From a virus (Duplodnaviria > Caudoviricetes), in IMG/VR virus record IMGVR_UViG_3300023180_000051, positions 1,320 through 65,319 of that record: a DNA stretch of 64,000 nt; one strand, written 5' to 3'. The position numbers and the translations under genes are program-made. The number at the start of each line of letters is the position of its first letter. Within the stretch, counting starts at the first letter, position 1. Of this stretch, positions 41,401-51,600 are shown piece after piece. The notes beneath the pieces were generated by a model. It was not told the origin of the DNA. It did not search any database and saw only the letters and a list, made by a program, of their open reading frames with translations.

Positions 41401-43745
41401 AATAGATTACCAGATTCGTCTCTAATTGTTTCTCCTGGAATGAATTTTCCAGAGAGTGTTTTTATGAAAAGAATATTCCCTGTTGAGTAAACACCATTGG
41501 ATGCACCTTCTACGACTCCATATGCTTTGCTAGTCAGACCATAAACATATTCACCTACATCATAAGTTCCCTGTGTTATAATAGTATCTAAAATAATTTT
41601 AGTGTAGAATTGTGGGTCGAAATAAGACAATGCATACTTTGCATTATATGCTTCTCCACCTTGATCTAATACACCTTTAGAAAGAACGATATCGGAGTCT
41701 GGGTTGAATCCATCTCCTCTTTCTTGCAAGTAGAAATTATTTGGTTTTATTGTTCCTATAACAGGAGTAATTGTATCACTATAATCGATTATCTCAGCAA
41801 ACTTAGAAGCTGATAAATCGATAACTGTTCCTTGACCAGTTGGTGTTGTATTATTAGCAACAAACTCTGTTCCTTCATCTGGACTGTCTGCGCCAATTTC
41901 AGTCCAGTTGGTATTTGATGCAGATACAATCTTATATTGTCTTCCTGGTATTATTTCACTTGCATTGAGAACTACTTCATCTGCAGTTGCATCTTGTTCT
42001 GATAAAAATAAAATTCTCCTTTTATTAAATGAAGTCTCATCATATTCCACTAAAACATTTTCTAAGTCTTTTTTATTTCCAGCAACAGTAATTTCTAAGT
42101 ATTTTGCAGATTCTCCTTGTGCTGGATTTATTGCTGGTTTATAAACCTTAGTAAAAGACAGTACTTCAACAGAGTCAACAATATTTTCTGCTGCTCTTGT
42201 TCTTACATACCAAAGATTGGCAAATGTATTTTCTAGATCATTTGCATTGATTGTTTCAATTGCATAATCATCATCAACAATCTGTAGAGTTATAGTTTTG
42301 ATTCCAATGTTAGAATCAAAAAATTGACCTCTTCTACTGATAGAACTTCTATAGTTATCACTAGACTCAGTTCCACTCAAACCTACATATCCGTCATTAA
42401 ATAAGTTTGATAAAAAGATTGTTGGATAAGCAGTTAGTTGAGAACCTTCTTTGTTTAGAGGAACACTTCCAAAAACATTAGTAATATTGAATGTTGGAAG
42501 TCCACTTGCTTTGACAGTAACATTTTCAGAACTTGTACTTTCTCTTGCTTTATTGAGTTCTAAAAATTTTGTTTCTTTATTGACAATTTCATATCCTTTA
42601 ATATATGCTTTACCAGGACCAACGCTGGCAATCATCTTTCTGGATGCTTCTAATTCAGAAAGACCATTATACAATCCAAACTCATCAGCAGAATAGACAC
42701 CGTTATTTTGATTTCTTTGTGAATATTCTCTAATATTGACAGAAAAATCTTCTACTACATAATCACCACTCTCATCATATGTTCTTCTAGCAAGAGTTTG
42801 TTCTAATAAATTGTAGTCTGTTGCTGTTACTTTCTTTTGAATTGCTCCTTGTGATACTGTAATAATTTGAATAAAATTCTTATCAGTAATTTCATTTAGT
42901 TCAAACTTTTTAAGTTCTAACTGAATTCGCAAACGATGCGCTCCAGGAGCAGTTTGGTTTGAAGAACCAATAGCATTATCATATAGTGATAAATCTTTTT
43001 CTGGTGTAACAATATCTTCTACAATAGTAAATCCAATCTTTGCAGAAGGTCTATTGTAATATGAATCAATAACTAAAAGCTCTTCTTGATTTTTTACAAA
43101 ATAACCATTGACAAAATAAATTCCTTCTTCCACCTTTACACCAGAAGCATATCCCATTGCTGGACTTTCTAATGTAATAGTTTGATTTGTATTTGGATTC
43201 GTGACAGAAATACTAGTTGGAAGAACGCTTCCATCAGTACCTACAACCATTAGAGGAGTATTTACTCCATCAACTACTTCCAGAGTTTCTCCTTGTCTAA
43301 AAGTAAGTTCTTCACTAGAATTTCCACTGGTAATATAGTTTACATAAAGAGTATCAGCACTAGAATCTGTCGCTAAATTTACAGACAGAATCACTGCTTC
43401 AACACCAGAAGTCAAACCTTGAACAGTTTGACCAATCAGTTGTGTAATATCATATTTTTTATATACAATATTATTATCTTCATTTACCGCTACTTCGGAT
43501 ACTGAAGATAATTTTACATAGTTTAGTTTCGTATTGAGACTAACTTCTCCAGGTATTACAAGTTCGCCTTGCTTGAAAGAGTATTTTCCAAAACTCTCAA
43601 TTTGATTTTGTAAAATTGATTGGAGTTGTGTTAATTCACGTCCTTGGATGGAATATCCAGGGCGAAATAGTACTTTATAAAAATTCTTATCTGCGTCGAA
43701 ATCGTCGTAGTAAGGATTTACATTAAGGTTAGTCTTCTGTGGCAT
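35451..43745 (-). CDS. vrlC: VrlC-like (DUF4815-type) baseplate/virion structural protein
   Basis: MPQKTNLNVNPYYDDFD..FYKVLFRPG..QGRELTQLQSILQNQ, APGAHR, ARRTYDESGDY, YTMKDIGKLEKRI..LEYYT, RFKSGFFVDNF. Confidence 0.88.
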   Translation of the reverse strand: MPQKTNLNVNPYYDDFDADKNFYKVLFRPGYSIQGRELTQLQSILQNQIESFGKYSFKQGELVIPGEVSLNTKLNYVKLSSVSEVAVNEDNNIVYKKYDITQLIGQTVQGLTSGVEAVILSVNLATDSSADTLYVNYITSGNSSEELTFRQGETLEVVDGVNTPLMVVGTDGSVLPTSISVTNPNTNQTITLESPAMGYASGVKVEEGIYFVNGYFVKNQEELLVIDSYYNRPSAKIGFTIVEDIVTPEKDLSLYDNAIGSSNQTAPGAHRLRIQLELKKFELNEITDKNFIQIITVSQGAIQKKVTATDYNLLEQTLARRTYDESGDYVVEDFSVNIREYSQRNQNNGVYSADEFGLYNGLSELEASRKMIASVGPGKAYIKGYEIVNKETKFLELNKARESTSSENVTVKASGLPTFNITNVFGSVPLNKEGSQLTAYPTIFLSNLFNDGYVGLSGTESSDNYRSSISRRGQFFDSNIGIKTITLQIVDDDYAIETINANDLENTFANLWYVRTRAAENIVDSVEVLSFTKVYKPAINPAQGESAKYLEITVAGNKKDLENVLVEYDETSFNKRRILFLSEQDATADEVVLNASEIIPGRQYKIVSASNTNWTEIGADSPDEGTEFVANNTTPTGQGTVIDLSASKFAEIIDYSDTITPVIGTIKPNNFYLQERGDGFNPDSDIVLSKGVLDQGGEAYNAKYALSYFDPQFYTKIILDTIITQGTYDVGEYVYGLTSKAYGVVEGASNGVYSTGNILFIKTLSGKFIPGETIRDESGNLLNIAKENTISHLIVQKRGNGYPSTTKIRINGILYNESQILVGRLGQSIYKVDILDKASVSEEYTIPPVVTLDTDGATVAEQAVIVPVLNRNTVTTYAPNNVKSMGCNYGSGGINTFTADVILDNKDYANLSSVTDFTFFGSKGNKFLESTSFNSDASSVVSQGDLVQFSDVDNNVIRGVVQYATVQKGSSKTRIYLDETLYADVNNTSVVLLRPKVQNINSGTLLFPTGGKEVKQISTGGEDSKIKYYFRRDFVAAGSTGGGIITFAAQLPFGTQRFTTFNEKNYVITVLNKNDADLVENGDLIYIDPDSVSIVSSTDTASGLTSGSLSIELPSSYFNTNVSSIANFTAPELKLTATVEVENAKPRLKTAIENKRIVVDSSGDRVVPLRGTNYDSDVVEKLSYSDVYKIRYIYEGTSTQPPEVDNSGNLISGKDVTNRFTFDDGQRDTIYDVSRIVIRPGFEPTVGQLIIGFDYFEHSQGDFATIDSYLHEAGVLEDEIPTFNSSVLGNINLKNVIDFRPKVNSNTIVPGYQDTSSLEITTSNFTGSGSVVSSTPAPDANLEYTFSFSQVEYLDRIDGIFLNKRGEFVVKEGNSSLNPSKPDDIKDAIPLFYAYIPAFTPSSKNVRITPVEHRRYTMKDIGKLEKRIERLEYYTTLSILEQQALNMQIKDSVGLDRFKSGFFVDNFESHSIGFLSSPDYRCSIDSRQSVLRPQSKEDSIDLKELYTREDQRTVAGYKKSGDIVTLPYTELKLLGNDFASKTINPNPFVVFQYVGEGHLSPQIDQWYADTIEPLIIDTNTNLYNIFLAKEDPKESLSSLYNSYIVNWVGTSTAFTPINSLGENNLLISKSSVQVASVGSSSNVSPQNNDLAKGVVSKKIGENIVSSSLQFFARSKPIKFAIERLKPNTNISVFLEGRNINRWVNPDLRFTGIAGNSLSAFNGQIKTDSNGNASGLILLPFGYAPKENSLWGGDISTVDYDTSSEELKFTTGELTFRFTSSSTNEDKTSVDSYAEIKYYASGILPQNPSSIISTKPSYFKSNEGVQFVDSNTDNPIKPNPLAQIFKVENYEGGVFVTGLDLFFKEKSATIPARVYLTNVNYEKPAKNIVPGTEKSLSPETYLKCFSTGSVSVKKDEYIVGSTSAASGPISRIIDKNGVELVANAQGIFSLTNEQVYTLVLSNHNGKSFRQNEDLEVPSITTANAANGTSLKLKIAKDSGKLSDIIIKETGSNYDSAVLTIESPQLPGGSVATAQVSVSNGKIYNVDVAISGFGYTEAPSVVIKGVGNGAGGCVIETLIEIDTPAVRMGIATDFEGLTESTTPTNFMFDYPVYLENNTEYALVIETDSTDYKLWSSKLGETDISTSTVITSQPSLGSLYKSQNTENWTEDLDQDLKFNMYRAEFDISRTAELLLKNSPLRYEKLTANTFETDATAGSTATSTLFRGNSNVVKVNHRDHGFDGNGNSYVFYRGSGSVGGLNSSVFNTNLFQVTNSGIDSYNIIVPGKASSNDIAGGNNLYAAYNRKYETLYPQVRYITVSGTKLETFVKTTNIVPVDSTSTNYSSYSQNDYEKTFLNESHYFNNQKVISSPINEILNNIDDSLVYKINLTSDVSYLSPVIDLSSCSVKTVSNRIENPVGTEQRYGRQNQILEFYPVYTFALATNTPDITYTNNKSVKGVSSEAAGQIVKIDGTNAFVKLKTKQGFIQGEELQLEQFINDNNPPTITVGTSPSLIVPVINSSTQSAAGESITITARNPITPTITYDNIISGTSIIWNRNSRELTLRTDFRPINDDYTGRIIDNNLFTRASDSDSQSSDIFRVGDIISYPAQPDDESLFIEVSRVRYENGVDYVEEDTSNNSSTISKYVTKEVYIASPATSIDVHLLANVKEIENIQVLYKFKKSSSQENFDDIEWIYFNDNGHPDTSELANSNNTISSVVEKQSSYQDLKYSVSDLPEFSSFAIKIVMLGSDPVYVPKIQDIRAVAGF

Positions 43746-43749
43746 CGTA

Positions 43750-43791
43750 CTCCGCCAAATACTAGCATCTTGTCCCTAGTATTTAGCGAAG
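43750..43791 (-). promoter_or_regulatory. Late promoter CTAAATA within a 16-bp hairpin covering the vrlC SD
   Basis: Minus strand CTTCGCTAAATACTAG-N10-CTAGTATTTGGCGGAG-TACG-ATG. Confidence 0.75.
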
Positions 43792-43802
43792 TAATCTAGA
43801 GA

Positions 43803-45635
43803 TCAGAATTCAATTACAAGTTTGATGTCTTCAATCTGGTCAGGAGCACGAGTGATTAGACGACGGTTCTCAATATAAATGATTTCGCCTGAATTATTTT
43901 CAATATCACTATTTGCTAAACCAGAAGCAAAAGTAGAACCTAGAAGTGATCCACTGAATCCAGTAACTACAGATCCAGAGGCATTTGATTGAGCACCAGT
44001 AATTGGTTGAGCACCATTGGAAGCGAAATCTCTTACCTCTCCTTGATATGCATGTTCAGTATTAGTTTGGTAGTATTTTAGTACACCATCTGTGGTAGAT
44101 CCTTCATCGAGAGTCCAAGAAACAACAGTTCCATATGCTGTCTCAGAACCTTGTACTTGCTCGATTCTTTCATCTGCAATATAATCTGCAGTAGCACCAC
44201 TAATCTTGATTGCTTTTAGACCAGAAACCGTACTTCTATCTTCAAATGTTGTAGTTCCTTCTTTGTATGGATCTTTTAGAAGACCAATTCTGCGGAAGTC
44301 ATTATCGACTGGGAAGTCACCATCACCTTCAGCATAGGTGAGGCGAACATTTGTCATCACGCGCTTACCATTAAGTTCTTGTTCGTGATTTGATCCATGA
44401 CCACCTTCTGGAGGAAGAATTGCTTCGATTGCTCCAGTAGCAGAATTTCCTACACTAACCGTGCTTGTTAGACCAGAGTCGCTAAAGACAAATCCATCAG
44501 AAAGAAGAACATTTGCATATGTATATCCAGATCCACGAGACTGCACAGAAGCAGAAGTAATAGTTCCAGCACCATTAGTTACAAATCTTACTACACCACC
44601 AGTTCCGTCTCCTTGGATACCAGCATAAAGTGTTGCGGATGATGGTAAATTAGCACCTGCATCCTCAATCAATACCGCGTCAATAGCTCCATCAACGACT
44701 TGTGATACTACACCAATTCTGGAAGGATCTGATGCAAGAACAATTGGCATAAAGTCCGAAGACAAGAACTTAAGAACATCTGAAGTTGGAATAGTATACA
44801 TGTACTTCCAAATGTAACCAGCTCCAGTTGCTTCTGTATAAAGACCAGTGCCACTGTTATAGTTTCCACTTGCAGTTGATGGTTCTTCTGATGCGTTTTG
44901 TCCTAATGGATTAGCAGGAGTTTCTCCATTGTATAGACACTTCCAAACTTCATATGTTGAATTCATTACATAGAACTTGGAATCTGCAATATTGGACTCT
45001 CCCGTTGCTGATTGCTTACCTGTTTGACCGCCACCAGTAGGAGTTGCAGAATAATCGGGCTTCCACATATCAAACTTTGGATTTGCGGTAAGATTCCAGT
45101 TATAACGACGAATAACACTTCTTGCATAAACTGTTGTGATTCTCTTTGCTGCAATGAGTTCGTCGTAAATATCTTTCTTTTCTCTCTGGTTGTCTAAAGG
45201 TAGAGGTGGAACATCCTCCGTTCCATAACGATAAACACCAGTTTTTGCACTTACGCCAGCAGTAATTGTGGAACCAGCATCGCCTGTCTCTGAGATAGTG
45301 CTTCCTACAGTTGGAACAGAAGAAGATGCAGGAGTGCCACTACCAAAAATGTCTGTTAGAAGAAGAGCGTTTTCGTAAACAGCGGAAATAGTTCCTCTAA
45401 AAGCAGTACTTCCGTAGTCTCCAGCAGAAGTACCAACAAAAACTTCTCTACCAACTGTAAATCCAGTAGTAGACTTTGAGTAAATTTCTAAGTATGCTGC
45501 CCAAGGTTGTGGACGACCTACGAAGAAATACATACGTGACCTTTCAGCACTAGCGTCGTTAGGACCTTCGCTGAGCGATTCGAGGAATTGCGTCGCATTA
45601 AAAATTCTAAATTTATCAGAGATAATAGCAGCCAT
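43803..45635 (-). CDS. gp8: Baseplate wedge subunit
   Basis: MAAIISDKFRIFNA, YFFVGRPQPW, FYVMNS.YEVWKCLYNG, GYIWKYMYTI, GEIIYIENR..I.RAPDQIEDIKLVIEF. Confidence 0.92.
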   Translation of the reverse strand: MAAIISDKFRIFNATQFLESLSEGPNDASAERSRMYFFVGRPQPWAAYLEIYSKSTTGFTVGREVFVGTSAGDYGSTAFRGTISAVYENALLLTDIFGSGTPASSSVPTVGSTISETGDAGSTITAGVSAKTGVYRYGTEDVPPLPLDNQREKKDIYDELIAAKRITTVYARSVIRRYNWNLTANPKFDMWKPDYSATPTGGGQTGKQSATGESNIADSKFYVMNSTYEVWKCLYNGETPANPLGQNASEEPSTASGNYNSGTGLYTEATGAGYIWKYMYTIPTSDVLKFLSSDFMPIVLASDPSRIGVVSQVVDGAIDAVLIEDAGANLPSSATLYAGIQGDGTGGVVRFVTNGAGTITSASVQSRGSGYTYANVLLSDGFVFSDSGLTSTVSVGNSATGAIEAILPPEGGHGSNHEQELNGKRVMTNVRLTYAEGDGDFPVDNDFRRIGLLKDPYKEGTTTFEDRSTVSGLKAIKISGATADYIADERIEQVQGSETAYGTVVSWTLDEGSTTDGVLKYYQTNTEHAYQGEVRDFASNGAQPITGAQSNASGSVVTGFSGSLLGSTFASGLANSDIENNSGEIIYIENRRLITRAPDQIEDIKLVIEF

Positions 45636-45672
45636 GGGTTTTCTGTTCCGACGTTGTAATTTGTGCCTGAGT

Positions 45673-45686
45673 TATTTATATTTATA
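45673..45686 (-). promoter_or_regulatory. Two overlapping T4 late promoter boxes (TATAAATATAAATA) upstream of gp8
   Basis: Two perfect TATAAATA copies at 45673-45680 and 45679-45686. Confidence 0.75.
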
Positions 45687-45689
45687 CCA

Positions 45690-48600
45690 TTATGTAGTAA
45701 TCAATTCTACTTGATTATCATCTACTTTAGTTGACCAGTAAATCAAGCGTCCAATAGTACCAGAGAATGGTTTGTCAACAAACGGAGCAATATTGAACTG
45801 ATTATATGTAGACACTTGATAAGGATTAGTATCAGTAACATTTGTCTGTGCTACTCCATCAATATATGCTCCATAACTTGCGACAGGAGCATCATATGAG
45901 AATGCTACTTTGTTTCTATCAATTGTTTGAGTTTGTGCAATTCTAATAGCACTTCCATAATCACTACCAAATACAAATATATCTTGTGTATCTGATTTAG
46001 TATTGTAGAATGTTCCCAGATTTCCATTAGCACCTACATTATAAAGAAGCGTATTTTCATTAGTGCCATCATTATTAGTTCCTTCAAGTGCTTCGTGCTC
46101 AAGATAGAAGGTGCCTTGCTCACCATTAAATCCAAGAGCAGTAAAACTTGTTCCGAGAATGTTGACGGCATCGCGTTGTCTTGTTACTGTGCTTCCGCTG
46201 GTGGGGATGTAGGAAGTGGGAAATCTCCCACGTTCAGCTTGTATATGAGAAACAAGAGATTTTTCACCACCAGAGAAGGTGCCTAATGCCCGCACATATA
46301 TGCTGGGAGTAGCCCCTGCGTTTCCATTTCTAACAATAGCCGTGCATTTGTACAATCCTCCCCCTAAATTTGTAATTGTGGGATCAAGAGCATTTTGACC
46401 TGTTGCAGTAAGAGTAATACCATCTACTGTTGTACTTCTACTAGTTGTAGAAGAATATTGTGAAGCAACTACCAAATAATCCTTGACATCATTATCCGCA
46501 GTATCATAGAGATAGAATGTTACGGTCCACCATACCCCATATTGATCCAGATTACTTCTATTCCATAAATTATGATTGGTTCCTGCAGGCATCGAAAATC
46601 CACCAAACCCAAGTTCGTAAAATTGCTTAGGAGATGTGTACAGAAAATCACTATTTAAAGAATTTGAAACGTAATTCGTCCTCTCCTCCTCCACCAACAA
46701 TCCAAGAGAATTGCCATTTGAATCATGAGTAAATCTTGCCTCATTTGCCTGAGCAGTTTGAATAATGCCATTCTCATCAACGTAAGTAGCAATGCTATTT
46801 CTAGAGAACGTAATTGGATTTGAATTTGTCACTTGGTTGTTGAGTGACTTGGCATTCGCAAAGTTCAAATCTAACTGTGGTTCTTGATATACAGGAGTAA
46901 CAAAACTAGATTCTGATCCAGTATATGGTATAATATCAGAGTTAGGACCAATAGCAAAGTTACCTCTATAATTCACACAATCTTCAAAACTAGATGAAGT
47001 CTTAGAACCATAGTATACAATACCATAGTCTGTTCCATCTGAGTGGTAGAAATATCCAGAACTTGGGAAGAAGTGAGTAGAGTGTACATTTACACTGCTG
47101 CCAATTGGTGTACCACCAGCTACATGTTGTACTGGATTTTGAATAGATGGATTGACGAGGTTTACATAGTCTCTGGAGATAGTGTAACTGGAAAGTTTTC
47201 TATCTGTAAAATCTTGAATTGTCAAAGAATTATAATGTAACTCATATTCTTCAATTGACACACCCGAAACAAACGATTCTCCAGAATCCCAAGACACTGT
47301 ATCTAGATTTCCAATATTTGGTCCTGCATTGAATGGTTCATAGTTTCCAACAAAATAATCATCACTACCAAATTCTATGTTACGTACTGTTACTGTATTA
47401 GATCTTTGTTCTACGACAGTAACATCAACGCCAGTTATTATTCCAGATCTTGTAAGAATATCTTCTGACATGTAGATAGTTTCTACATATCTGTCATAAA
47501 TTCCAGATCCAGGTAAGAACCTAACTGCTTCGCTATTTTTTGTTGGTTCTTCTAATGTTACTATGCTATCTTCGTTATCTCCAAATTCATAATTGAATAC
47601 AATCTCAATTTTAGCACTGGTAGCATCAAAACTTACAGAAGATTCGGATTGAATTGAAGCAACTCCACCAAATGCAACAGATACTAGATCTGGAATTTGT
47701 CTAAGGAACGTTCCAGCTGGCCAGAATTGTGCTGTTGTTCCTTTTTGTGCTCGTTCTACATCAAGGAAACGATCACTAAGCTTTCTTGAGTATCTTACTA
47801 TTTCATCACCAACTAAAAGTATTCCATTAGAACTGAATTTAGTAGTGTCTGGAATGTATAGTATAGTATCTGTAAGAAGAGCATCAATGTCAAGATAAGC
47901 ACCAACTTCATACTGATTGACATTAGATAGTAGTGGATTTGTAATTACGGTGTTTATTACACTAACAAACTCTCTATTTCTAATATCTGTTACGATTGAT
48001 TCGCTGAGTGCTGCTGGTCTTTCTAGTTCAAGTACAGAGATTGCATATGAATTCTTGGTAGGTTGAGGAATAGTAACAGTATCAACGCTAGTAGCAGGAA
48101 TGATAGTGATCTGCTTTGATAAAATTAAATCTGATACATCTACATCTTTTTTTACAAAAAGCGTAATCAATCTATTTTCTAGATTGTTCAGAGTTTCATC
48201 TTCACCTGGCATTTGTACAAATGCACTAGAAGTTACTAAGTCTCCTTGACCTTCTAAAGTTATATCAAGAGAATAACTTACGACAAGACTAAAAGGAGAT
48301 AGAGAAACTTCAAAACTATTATTGATTAAAGAAACACCAATATCTCTGTCTTTTAGAACCGTATAATTTCGTGCAACTCTAACTATAGGTGCTTTAGTAT
48401 AACCAGATCCAGGATTGATCAAGTCTACACTGACTACTTGACCTTTAGAAACACTTACTAATGCACGAGCTCCACCACCATCACCATTTTGTGGTTCAAA
48501 TTCTAAAATTGGTGGAGTATAATACTGATATGCTGTTGGTTGAGTTATTGGTTCATAACTTCTCTGATTCCACTCAAGTCTTTCAATTCTGCCAGTAAGA

Positions 48601-51600
48601 ACCTCATTGCCATTTCCATCATCCACAGTTTCCATGATGGCAACAACTGACAATCCTTCGCCACGAGTGATGCCAGCATAAGATTCTACTGAAACCGTAC
48701 CAAAAATATTATTAGTTATTTGTTCGTTTCTTCTGCCTTCTTTACTAGTAGCAGTACTAGGAAGAGTTTTTATTTTTCTAAACTTATCCTGTCCATCTAT
48801 TTTAATCTGATCTCCTGTTGCTAGATTTACAAATGGAGATCTATAAGATCTGCGTAATGAAGTTCCATACCAGATATTATCTGTTTTTGTTATTTTTCTT
48901 CCAACTTCATCTTCTTCATATGATAAAGTTACGGAAGAAAAATCACTCCAAGGAATTGTAATCCTAGTATCATAAGATCCAGCAATAGCAAATATGATAT
49001 CTTGCTCTTCTATAAATTTAGAAGACTGAGATTTTACCCTATATGTAAGTTCACCATCAGTTCTATATGAATTGTATAGTTCTCCAATAACGTTGTAGGT
49101 TGTATCTTGATTATATTGGAGACAATGAATTCTTTTACCAGCTTCATCTCCTCTCCAGACGTTGGATTCTATTTGATCAAGAACAGTATTGGTAGCTTGT
49201 AATGCTAGTTCACCATAAGCATAGTAGCTATCTGGTTCAAAATCATAAAGATTTAGAAGTTGACCAACTTCTCTTCCATATAAGAGACGCATATCAATAT
49301 TCATCTCTTCTTTGATGGGAACATTGAAGTAGATATTTGGACCAACAACAGTATACGAATATCCCTCTCTTTGCAAAATACCATCAACAAAGACATAAAG
49401 ATATTCTTTTTCTTCAATATTAGTTACAGTGTTATCTTCTACATCTAAAATCAAGAATGGTCCTACTCTAGTTCCATCAAGAAGGGATTTATCAATAGTA
49501 AGTCTCTTGTAATTACCAACACCGATACCAATTACATTTTCGACTGCAGTTGGTTCACCAATACTCTTAGCACCAAAATCTTGATCCCAAATGGGAGCAA
49601 CATCAAATACTATTTTATTGGGGACTGTAGTTCTATCAATATAATAAGAATCTTCTCCAGGATAATCGGCATTGTATTTTGGTCTCTGTAAGACAGCATT
49701 TATTGTTACAAATAAATCTTCATCTTCTTCAGTGAATACTCCAGATCCATCTTCCCAATACAATTCAAAGATTTTGTTTTCTCCATCAATATAATCTGGA
49801 AGAGATCTTGTGTAAGACACACCATTAAATATGTCATCAAGATTATCATATAAAGAATCTATAGATGAGACAACATCATCACATTCTCCATTATATGGTA
49901 AATTTGGATCTGGAATTAGAGTATAATTTACATATGGTTTCAATGAAGTCCAATATCCAGTTTTTGTATCATTTGCAGGTACAATCTCTGTAGTGTAGTT
50001 TCCTTGTAGTGTTTCTTCTAAAATATCTCTAAAAGTATTGAGAGTACTTGCAACATCAGCACAAACGGGAATTTGTGTATCAACAATAACTTCTGGATCT
50101 TGATAAGCATCTGGAACAAACGATGACCAATTATTATCTGATGGTGGTCTACCAGAAAGCGTATTTCTCATTGCTTGAATCATATAATCAGTAGCTTTAC
50201 TCAAAGCAGTCTTTACAATAGTAGAATGCTGCAATATAAAATCTTCTGAATCAACTAAACTTTCTGCAAGTGAATATGGTGCATATAAAAGTGCTGATGG
50301 TGGAGTAAAATCTGCAGTATATGAATATTCTGCAACATCTTTATTTCCTCCATATCTTAGATGATATACTACAGCATCAATATACTTCAGTACTGGATTC
50401 CAAAAATCCCTTGGATTTTCATACCAGTAAGTGTATGATGTTGGGAATGCTTCTTCAACTTCAGCATCACATAATGACTGAGCAGCAATCCATTCTCTAT
50501 TTGCTTCAATTAGATCTGATGCATCATAATATCTGCCACTATTAATTCTGCTAAAGAAGAACGTTGCTGTAGCAGCTCCAGAGAAAGAAGAAGGAACTCC
50601 TACAGTATCTCCTTCATTTACTGTATAAGTAGTTCCTGGTTCAATAATCAAAGTGCTAGTAGGAACAATAGCGTCACCATCAGTATCTCCGTCTAGAATA
50701 GTGTCACCAACAGGAGCACCGCCACCACCACCAGAATTAGATAGTGCTGCATTCGATAATGTTACTTGTGTTTCACTATCAATCGCTACAATTTTTGTTC
50801 CTGCTGGATATGCTTGACCAGAACTAATATGCATTCCGACAGCAAGATCTTTTGTAGATTCTACAGAAAGTTTAAATGATCCCTGTAAATAATTTACCTC
50901 TAAAGTAAGATCCCAATTTCTAACAGCAAGACGTGCTAAATTTGTAGCGTATCTAAAAATATCTAGAGATTCTGTTTTGTTGGTAGTCAAGTAAGAGAAA
51001 TCACTATCATCAACAAATATCTGACTGTAATCAGCAGTTTTTACATTACCGCCAAATCTAATGTCGTGCTGATATGCATCTAAGATATTTCTGATATTAT
51101 CTTGATAATCATCTAATTTTGTGCTCCAATCAAGAGATGGATAAATCTCTCTGCCATATCCAACAGATTCGCCAACAATAAATTCTATATTTCTTTCAAT
51201 CTGATTAGCAGCATCTAACCACCTTCCACTACGTTGGAAAATATTTCTTAATTTTCTGAAATGTTTGTTATTATATTGACTATCTTTGAAACTAAAATAT
51301 CTTCCATAGAAAGTTACTCCAGAATAATCTGTAGTTTCGGAAAGATTAGCACCAGTTAATTTTTGGTTTGGACCCAGTGGTGGTTGAGAGAAAATAATAT
51401 TATTACCAGAAATTGTATATGCTACTTCTGGTTCTTGTAGAACACCATCTAAAGTAACAACTAAATTCTTAGCACTTGGTGGTGTGAATATTTGATCGTT
51501 ATTATTTCTTAGTTGGAAAGTTGTTGTTCCTTGTAGTCTACCGTCATTATCATAGTATCCATCGAAAGAGTTTTTTGACCACCATGATTTACCATCAGCG

